Source: a virus
Taxonomy: Duplodnaviria; Heunggongvirae; Uroviricota; Caudoviricetes
Length of the DNA stretch: 10,802 nucleotides
Direction: 5' to 3' (one strand)
IMG/VR virus record: IMGVR_UViG_2698536392_000023
Span: 1 to 10,802 of that record
Part shown: positions 5,517 through 10,802 of the stretch, in pieces
How the letters are laid out: the number at the start of each line of letters is the position of its first letter
How positions within the stretch are numbered: position 1 is the first letter of the stretch
Notes under the pieces: model-generated
What the model saw: the letters and a program-made list of their open reading frames with translations, nothing else
Told to the model about the DNA's origin: nothing
Databases searched by the model: none
Program-made: the position numbers and the translations under genes

Positions 5517-5912
5517 TCACAATACCGCCTCCTGAAAATTGCCCTGATAGAACGCCAGTACACGCAGCATAACTTCACTCTTCCGGCACTCGCCACAGAT
5601 TATGTTCTGTTGTCTGTCGTAGCGGCGTATTTCTCCGTCTGGTAACTTTCGAATCAATGTCTGGTCGGTTGTTTTCTCCGCTGCCTTACGCCATACGCGA
5701 TACACCTGTTCTGATGTAAAAACACCGTATTTACCGGGCATGTATAAATCGCCGCAAGCCAGTACATCCACAAGGCAACGTCTGACTGAATGCCAGCCTG
5801 CTCCCGTCGCTCTCTCCAGTTGTGATATCGTCATGCGTTCATTTTTGCGTACCAGCCCGATAATTCGGGCCTTCAGTTCTTCACGCTGTTCGTGTGTAAA
5901 AGGTTTCGCCAT
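5517..5912 (-). CDS. Hypothetical phage protein, 131 aa, possible winged-helix fold
   Basis: ATG at 5912 with GGAGG SD 7 nt upstream; segment TISQLERATGAGWHSVRRCL looks HTH-like. Confidence 0.6.
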   Translation of the reverse strand: MAKPFTHEQREELKARIIGLVRKNERMTISQLERATGAGWHSVRRCLVDVLACGDLYMPGKYGVFTSEQVYRVWRKAAEKTTDQTLIRKLPDGEIRRYDRQQNIICGECRKSEVMLRVLAFYQGNFQEAVL

Positions 5913-5927
5913 AAGCGCCTCCGGCTA

Positions 5928-6653
5928 TCACTTTTCCGACACAATACGACCGGATGAATCGACAATCTGCCGAACAATATCCCAGTGCTTGTTCAGATCC
6001 CGCAGCGCGGCGCAGACTCGCTCCCACTTCTGAACCTGACCTTTTGCTCGGCGCAGCTCGCGGTTAGCCACATGCAGCGATGGTAGAATCAGGTCATCTG
6101 CTTTCGTTTCAGTGAACGATTGCTGCAACTTCACAATGTCCTCCACCGCTTCTGTTTTAATTTCTTCCTGTGCAGCCGTTTCCTGGACTGGTAACGCAAC
6201 ACCTGCTGGCTGAGGAAGGGCTTTACCCTCCGTTTCAGCTACGGATGCAGCTTTCTGCTCTGCCGGTAAATCAACGCCCGGTATGCAGTAACGAAATTTA
6301 CCATCCTGATTCACGCGAATCAGACGCCCTTTGCTGATTGCCATTGCCAGCGATGAATTCGCACGGCGGGAGGTAATTCCGAACATCAATGCCAGCTCAT
6401 CCGCCGTTTGTGGGCCATGATGTTCAATCGCCTCAGTCAGCATTTGCGCTGTCACTTTCGGTACCGGTGACACTGGTTCACTTTCACCAGTCTGAGTCAG
6501 CCACCACATCGACCCCTTGTTATCCGCTTCACCACGGCGCTTCAGTTTCCACAGTTCGTTGACAGCATCTTCGCGGCTGATTCCAAGGCGCGATGCCACT
6601 ACCTGTGAAGAGGCTTTTTTCAGTGCTTTCAGTGCGTCAAATACAGTTTCCAT
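5928..6653 (-). CDS. Phage protein with two tandem winged-helix-like domains and a C-terminal coiled-coil (241 aa), possibly DUF1627-like
   Basis: ATG at 6653 with GGAGGA SD; internal repeat of HTH-like segments ([22 protein letters not shown] and [26 protein letters not shown]). The ORF-track start at 6671 is a TTG. Confidence 0.65.
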   Translation of the reverse strand: METVFDALKALKKASSQVVASRLGISREDAVNELWKLKRRGEADNKGSMWWLTQTGESEPVSPVPKVTAQMLTEAIEHHGPQTADELALMFGITSRRANSSLAMAISKGRLIRVNQDGKFRYCIPGVDLPAEQKAASVAETEGKALPQPAGVALPVQETAAQEEIKTEAVEDIVKLQQSFTETKADDLILPSLHVANRELRRAKGQVQKWERVCAALRDLNKHWDIVRQIVDSSGRIVSEK

Positions 6654-6674
6654 TAAAACGTCCTCCAACAAAAA

Positions 6675-7421
6675 TTACTTCACAACCCTCTGATTGCTGA
6701 CATTTGGACGCCAGCTATCCCAGTTAAACGTCACCCATCGACCACCGCTCATGGTCATCCGGTCCATAATCCTCTCACCAAGAAGCGTGCTCATTGCGGC
6801 ATGATTCAGGTTTGTTAACATCCCGACACTGCACAGTGATGCTGTCCGGCGATCAATTATCTGGTGTAATACCACCTGCTCGTTTTTCGTCTCCCGCTGA
6901 ACGCCTATTTCATCCAGGACCAGCAAATCAACCCCGCAAAGCTCCTGTAAAAATTTTTCCCCGGATTTGCCGTTGTCGTAGCTGTCATGCAACACGCTCA
7001 TGACATCAGACACGGTGACGATAATCACGCTGCGCCCCTTCGCCATCAGCCGGTTACCCATCGCCGCTGCAAGGTGATTTTTCCCGGTGCCGGTTTTACC
7101 GCTGAACACAAAATTCGTGCACCCGGTCATCAGTTCGTCAGCTATGGATTTGGCCTGGCTCAGCGCGTATTTTTGCCCGTCGTTCTGCACCTGATAATTC
7201 GCAAACGAGCATTTGCTGTGCAGAGGCTGGATGCCCGAACGATTCAGGATTTTTTCCACCCGCAACTGGCGATTCTGGCGGTTAATCTCCTCGCTGCGTT
7301 TTCGTCCTTCAGCAAGTTGCCATTCCCGCCACTCCTCCACCGTCCGGTACGGTGGAACCGCCCCCTGTGGTGCAAGTCTGCGAATACGTTCAAGAACCCC
7401 AACTGCCGCAATGTTTTTCAT
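6675..7421 (-). CDS. DnaC-like replicative helicase loader (AAA+), 248 aa
   Basis: Walker A GKTGTGKNHLAAA, Walker B LLVLDEIG, and colinearity with E. coli DnaC (MKN..., NRSGI.PLH..CSF.NY); SD AGGGGGTGA upstream. Confidence 0.85.
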   Translation of the reverse strand: MKNIAAVGVLERIRRLAPQGAVPPYRTVEEWREWQLAEGRKRSEEINRQNRQLRVEKILNRSGIQPLHSKCSFANYQVQNDGQKYALSQAKSIADELMTGCTNFVFSGKTGTGKNHLAAAMGNRLMAKGRSVIIVTVSDVMSVLHDSYDNGKSGEKFLQELCGVDLLVLDEIGVQRETKNEQVVLHQIIDRRTASLCSVGMLTNLNHAAMSTLLGERIMDRMTMSGGRWVTFNWDSWRPNVSNQRVVK

Positions 7422-7427
7422 GACACG

Positions 7428-8498
7428 TCACCCCCTGAATCCCGGCGGTATTTCAGTGTCCGGTTCAGAAATGTGATTCACGCAACGCTGGTTGTTCGTG
7501 CCGCTTACCGGGAGCAACCAGGGGTTTTCAAAATTCCGGTCCGGCCCAAAAAACGTCGTCGCTCGCTGAACAAATTCCGTTCCCGCTTTCCCGGTCGCCG
7601 CCAGGTATCTCGCGTAACGCCTCACACCATCCAGCATGGTCTCTGGTGGCACCCCCTCGCGCAATCTGGCCTTCCAGGCACTGAATGCGGATTTCTTCGG
7701 GTTTGCTCCGGCACGCAACGGGTACTCCCGCCAGACCTGTTCGAACACATCCGGATAATCCACTCGTCCCACAGACTGCCCGGTGTTTTCCGGGACTACC
7801 CGATCGGCTTCCCGCTGAATGGCGGAATCGGCTTCGGGCTGCTGCAGTTGGTGTGATTGCTCCGGCCTTGCGGTCATCACCTGCTGCACAGCGCCCGAAT
7901 CGGCTTTCAGCGCATACGCTGAATCGGCTTCCGGTGTCGTGCCTACTGGCTGACCAGGATTGACGGTCTGAACATCCCCTGCCTGGTTCGTGGCGTTTTT
8001 TACGCCATGGACCATAGTGTTTTGATCTTCTTGATCTGTATCTTTATCTGTATCTTTATCTGTCGTGACTCGTCGTGACATGTGCGTGACATTTCGTGAC
8101 GCGCCGTGACAATCGCCATTTTGTTCCCGCTTTCTTTCCCTCTCTCGCTGCGCCCTCTTGCGCTCTGCAGGAGATTTTGCGGTTTGCGAAATATTGCCGT
8201 TGTCCTCTTTAAGCACCTGGCGTTTTTCCCATCCAGTGATTAAATCACCATCAAGTACCCGCCCCTGCATCGTCTGCAAAATTGAATCAATTACCTCTTC
8301 TGTCACGTCGAGCGCACTTGCCAAATCTTCTGTCGTGACATCAATGTGACCTCGCGTGACATTTCGTGACGCGCTCACCAGGAGGTGGATATACACTGCC
8401 ATCACTGTTGCAATTGGCTGCCCTGACACCCTGGCAATTGTTCGCCACTTAGGGTCATTTGGCATGTCATGCCATAATCTGAGCCAGGCGTTAGCCAT
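7428..8498 (-). CDS. O-like replication initiator (replisome organiser) carrying internal origin iterons, about 356 aa
   Basis: Sits upstream of the DnaC-like gene; iteron arrays lie inside the coding sequence as in lambda O. Probable start is ATG at 8498 with SD AGAGGTGA; the ORF track starts two codons earlier at a GTG. Confidence 0.7.
   Translation of the reverse strand: MANAWLRLWHDMPNDPKWRTIARVSGQPIATVMAVYIHLLVSASRNVTRGHIDVTTEDLASALDVTEEVIDSILQTMQGRVLDGDLITGWEKRQVLKEDNGNISQTAKSPAERKRAQRERERKREQNGDCHGASRNVTHMSRRVTTDKDTDKDTDQEDQNTMVHGVKNATNQAGDVQTVNPGQPVGTTPEADSAYALKADSGAVQQVMTARPEQSHQLQQPEADSAIQREADRVVPENTGQSVGRVDYPDVFEQVWREYPLRAGANPKKSAFSAWKARLREGVPPETMLDGVRRYARYLAATGKAGTEFVQRATTFFGPDRNFENPWLLPVSGTNNQRCVNHISEPDTEIPPGFRG
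8034..8063. repeat. Tandem 12-bp repeat (ATCTGTATCTTT x2.5) encoding a TDKD repeat in the initiator
   Basis: Exact copies at 8034-8045 and 8046-8057, partial at 8058-8063; moderately AT-rich, adjacent to iteron array A. Confidence 0.85.
8064..8110. repeat. Iteron array A: five CGTGAC repeats at 10/11/10/10-bp spacing (candidate replication origin)
   Basis: CGTGAC at 8064, 8074, 8085, 8095, 8105; helical-turn periodicity. Confidence 0.8.
8334..8374. repeat. Iteron array B: four (C)GTGAC repeats at 10-11 bp spacing; includes a 21-bp exact copy of part of array A
   Basis: Repeats at 8334, 8345, 8355, 8365; GCGTGACATTTCGTGACGCGC occurs at both 8084-8104 and 8354-8374. Confidence 0.8.
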
Positions 8499-8569
8499 AC
8501 TCACCTCTTCTGATACCGAATCTTTTTACTCACGAGTTGCCGGAAGCGATTCGATATGGCTATTATCAC

Positions 8570-8995
8570 TCAATGCACTGCCACAGCATTTCCTGCCGGG
8601 CCACCACGGTTCATCTGATTGAAACCGGCGATTGCCACCGCGACAAAATCATCAGCGTCTCTCACCAGTCGCTCCCGCGTCTCCACCAGCTCCCGAAAAT
8701 AAGCTGAACTGTGGCTGCGCATTCTGGCCACCAGCAAAGGTGGCATTGCCTTTTCGATCGCTGGTAACAACGCCTGAATTTTTTCAACTGCATCAGGGGT
8801 GTCTTTCTCTACCCAGCGGAAAATTTTCTGGGTATTGCGAGCCAGGGCTTCCGGATGGCTGTCGTCATACAGTTCCGGGAACGTCATACCCAACTCAAAA
8901 TAAGCCTGGGTTATTCCAGCTGCTGGAACTTTCTCACCATCAGGATATGCCCAGGCATTCATCGCCATGCGGATGTGCTCATGTTTGATTTTCAT
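8570..8995 (-). CDS. ydaT: YdaT-like protein (cII position; family reported as toxic in Rac prophage), 141 aa
   Basis: Size and position downstream of the Cro-like gene match Rac ydaT; N-terminus MKIKHEHI; SD AGAGG upstream; 17-nt overlap with the ydaS-like gene. Family call is from memory. Confidence 0.55.
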   Translation of the reverse strand: MKIKHEHIRMAMNAWAYPDGEKVPAAGITQAYFELGMTFPELYDDSHPEALARNTQKIFRWVEKDTPDAVEKIQALLPAIEKAMPPLLVARMRSHSSAYFRELVETRERLVRDADDFVAVAIAGFNQMNRGGPAGNAVAVH

Positions 8996-9302
8996 GAATC
9001 ATTTGCCTCTTGATGCTTCGGGTATGATCGTTTTCGTCATTTGGTTGCTTCATCGACATATTCTGCGAATAACATGACGAGCGTCGTAAGTATGTCCAAT
9101 CAACATCAGGACGAAGTTCTTCACACAGGACACCACCTTTTGTTGCTCGTTCAATCGCAGGACATCTCTCAGCAGGCAACTGACGTACACCTTTGATCCA
9201 TTGATTTACGCTTGGAGGAGATACACCTAAAAGCCTAGCCATTGCTGATTGCCCACCGACAACAGCACAAGCTCGTTTGAATGAATAGTTATCTTTTTTC
9301 AT
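8979..9302 (-). CDS. ydaS: YdaS-like Cro-type HTH protein, about 107 aa
   Basis: HTH segment QSAMARLLGVSPPSVNQWIKG; ATG at 9302 with GGAG SD (the ORF track begins at an upstream GTG, 9323); divergent from the repressor across an operator region. Confidence 0.65.
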   Translation of the reverse strand: MKKDNYSFKRACAVVGGQSAMARLLGVSPPSVNQWIKGVRQLPAERCPAIERATKGGVLCEELRPDVDWTYLRRSSCYSQNMSMKQPNDENDHTRSIKRQMIHENQT

Positions 9303-9329
9303 CGAATGAACTCCAAAAAACACACAATA

Positions 9330-9359
9330 ATATTAGGCTTAGCCTAATGTGATTATCAA
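9330..9359 (-). promoter_or_regulatory. PR-like promoter for the ydaS-ydaT-replication operon
   Basis: Minus-strand TTGATA (plus 9354-9359), 18-nt spacer, TAATAT (plus 9330-9335); spacer contains operator O1. Confidence 0.45.
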
Positions 9360-9398
9360 TAGGCTATGCCTAACGCTTCGAGAGTAGGGATTGCCTAA
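9333..9398. promoter_or_regulatory. OR-like operator cluster: three TTAGGC-N3-GCCTAA palindromes spaced 25-26 bp centre to centre
   Basis: O1 TTAGGCTTAGCCTAA 9333-9347 (perfect); O2 ATAGGCTATGCCTAA 9359-9373; O3 TAGGGATTGCCTAA 9385-9398 (one half-site imperfect). Confidence 0.7.
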
Positions 9399-9426
9399 CG
9401 CGATGCGCATAGGAGACTATTAAGCA

Positions 9427-9903
9427 ATGCTTAGTGGTAAAGACTTAGGCCGAGCGATAGAGCAGGCCATTAACAAAAAAATTGCATCAGGAGCCGTCAA
9501 ATCAAAGGCGGAAATCGCACGTCATTTCAAAGTCCAACCACCATCAATCCATGACTGGATTAAGAAAGGTTCGATAAGTAAAGACAAACTTCCAGAACTA
9601 TGGCGTTTCTTTTCTGATGTGGTTGGTCCAGAGCATTGGGGGCTTAACGAATACCCCATACCAACCCCATCCACTTCAGATACAAAAAGTGAACTTTTAG
9701 ACATAAACAGCCTTTATCAAGCCGCCTCTGATGAAAAAAGAGCAATTGTGGCTTTCCTCTTATCTGGAAATGCTACGGAGCCTAGTTGGGTTGATCATGA
9801 CGTTCGCGCCTACATTGCCGCAATGGAAATGAAGGTAGCTAACTATCTGAAAAATCAAGAATCAAAACGGAAAAGCCAGAACATCACCAAGACAGGAACT
9901 TAA
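9427..9903 (+). CDS. racR: RacR-like prophage repressor (cI-position HTH protein), 158 aa
   Basis: Divergent from the Cro-like gene across operators; HTH segment SKAEIARHFKVQPPSIHDWIKKG; AGGAG SD; size matches RacR. Family call is from memory. Confidence 0.65.
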   Translation: MLSGKDLGRAIEQAINKKIASGAVKSKAEIARHFKVQPPSIHDWIKKGSISKDKLPELWRFFSDVVGPEHWGLNEYPIPTPSTSDTKSELLDINSLYQAASDEKRAIVAFLLSGNATEPSWVDHDVRAYIAAMEMKVANYLKNQESKRKSQNITKTGT

Positions 9904-9997
9904 ACTTATATGGTCCGACGGGAAATTCCTAGTTCCCGTTAGTTAACTCCTACTACCTCTCCCACAAACCATCACCTATTAGGTCGCACCCAAACCA

Positions 9998-10036
9998 TTA
10001 GGCATAGCCTACTGACAAGCAATTAGGCATTTCCTA
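9998..10036. promoter_or_regulatory. OL-like operators: two further TTAGGC-N3-(G/T)CCTA palindromes downstream of the repressor gene
   Basis: TTAGGCATAGCCTA 9998-10011 and TTAGGCATTTCCTA 10023-10036; centres 25 bp apart. Confidence 0.6.
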
Positions 10037-10040
10037 TAGT
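10012..10040 (+). promoter_or_regulatory. PL-like sigma70 promoter overlapping the OL operators
   Basis: CTGACA (10012-10017), 17-nt spacer, TATAGT (10035-10040). Confidence 0.5.
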
Positions 10041-10244
10041 TTTCCCATACCAACCCATCCCGTCCCACACAATACAGGGCAATACCTAGAGTTACCCGGC
10101 AGTGGTCAGGGATTAAGTAGCCAGCCCGAGGCGTATGAACATGACGGCGGGAACACTTTGTATAACAGCGCAGCAGGTTTTTAGTTCCGCTACCCCAGCG
10201 TTAAGGGGAAATGAGGTCAGCATGGATACTATCGAGCTCCGATC

Positions 10245-10802
10245 CCTAAAGTAACCAGAGCCAGGCTCACCATGGAAGACTGGAAAAAAATTTACAATGC
10301 AACGCCTGAAAAACACTTTATCCGTAACGCAATGCTTCTTGCGATTGTTACTGGTCAGCGCCGTGATGACATTTGCCATATGCGTTTTTCAGATGTGTGG
10401 AACGAACACCTGCATATTACCCAGGGAAAAACTGGAATGCGTCTGGCGTTACCGCTGACGCTACGCTGTGATGCCATTGGGATATCGCTAAAAGAAGTGA
10501 TTGATGGATGCAGGGACAGAATATTGAGTCCATACCTGATTCATAGTCGGCACCAAAAACAACCAAAACCAATGAGTAAAGACAACCTGAGCGATTACTT
10601 TGCCAAAGCGCGGGAGCTGGCTGGAATAATTCCACCAGCAGGAAAAACTCCGCCAACATTTCATGAACAACGTTCTCTATCAGAACGGCTGTACCGTGCA
10701 CAGGGTATCGATACAAAAACATTACTGGGACATAAAGTCCAGGCAACCACCGATCGTTATAACGATACTCGTGGTCAGGAATGGGTTAAATTGGTTGTTT
10801 GA
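10245..10802 (+). pseudogene. Lambda-type tyrosine integrase, C-terminal catalytic domain only (N-terminal about 175 aa missing)
   Basis: Colinear with the lambda Int C-terminus (TGQRR, HEQRSLSERLY, LLGHK, DRYNDTRGQEW, stop at 10802); in-frame stop at 10212-10214 and no Int-like sequence upstream in any frame. Confidence 0.8.

Larger units (their letters stand above)
1..10802. mobile_element. Lambdoid (Rac/Qin-like) prophage segment; phage early-right and late genes lie on the window minus strand (immunity - replication - accessory/nin-like - Q - tRNAs - start of late region)
   Basis: Gene order and content: repressor/Cro-like divergent pair with operators, O-like and DnaC-like replication genes, RusA, Q-like protein followed by promoter/terminator/tRNA cluster, integrase fragment. 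Synteny inferred from sequence reading, not from a database search. Confidence 0.8.

Noticed and set aside
5460-5520. GTG start at 5520 for the DUF551 upstream half (ORF-track start)
   Set aside because: The ATG at 5460 has a strong AAGGAG SD; the extension to 5520 reads through that SD and is probably not translated, although GTG coupling to the upstream stop cannot be excluded.
8034-8374. Short direct repeats with regular spacing, considered as a CRISPR array
   Set aside because: Repeat unit is only 6-7 bp with 3-5 bp spacers and lies inside a coding gene; this is an iteron-type origin, not CRISPR.
5740-8988. Plus-strand ORFs 5740..6033, 6794..7003, 6987..7856 (289 aa), 7213..7476, 7685..7963, 8158..8349, 8356..8622, 8632..8988
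   Set aside because: All antisense to strongly supported minus-strand genes (DnaC-like, initiator, YdaT-like). Arginine/proline-rich, low-complexity translations, no SD; the 289-aa ORF is the usual long shadow frame opposite a GC-rich gene.
9522-9704. Minus-strand ORF, 60 aa
   Set aside because: Antisense inside the repressor gene.
10135-10254. 39-codon plus-strand ORF (MNMTAG...) downstream of the PL-like promoter, considered as an N-like antiterminator or Xis
   Set aside because: Weak SD spacing and no resemblance to the arginine-rich N or to Xis proteins; retained only as part of the deletion-junction finding.
10113-10746. Minus-strand ORFs 10113..10379, 10417..10746, 10488..10670
   Set aside because: Antisense to the integrase remnant; no SD.

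Overview
The window reads as a segment of a lambdoid (Rac/Qin-like) E. coli-type prophage, with almost all genes on the minus strand. All calls rest on reading the sequence and on recalled family resemblance; no database search was run. In phage order (right to left in the window) it contains: a truncated tyrosine-integrase remnant (10245-10802, +); a RacR-like repressor (9427-9903, +) flanked on both sides by TTAGGC-N3-GCCTAA operator palindromes; a divergent Cro-like YdaS / YdaT-like pair; an O-like replication initiator with two internal iteron arrays (CGTGAC at 10-11 bp spacing); a DnaC-like helicase loader; a block of accessory genes (tandem winged-helix protein, 131-aa protein, a DUF551 gene split at an A8 tract, two tiny hydrophobic ORFs); a hok-family type I toxin locus with candidate sense and antisense promoters; a YgiW/BOF-family secreted OB-fold moron with its own terminator; overlapping HNH-motif ORFs; RusA resolvase; a Q-like antiterminator followed by pR'/tR'-like signals; three tRNAs (Ile-CAU, Arg-UCG, Arg-UCU) with a strong terminator; then about 490 bp of non-coding DNA and the 5' end of a DUF1737-like gene running off the window. 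That last arrangement matches the place where stxAB sits in Shiga-toxin phages, but no toxin genes are present. The truncated integrase, missing early-left arm and several split ORFs suggest a decaying, probably cryptic prophage. I did not find a clear-cut novel multi-gene system. The best candidates for uncharacterised biology are the two SD-equipped micro-ORFs beside hok with an adjacent 22-bp perfect palindrome, and the two-gene cassette at 5517-6653.
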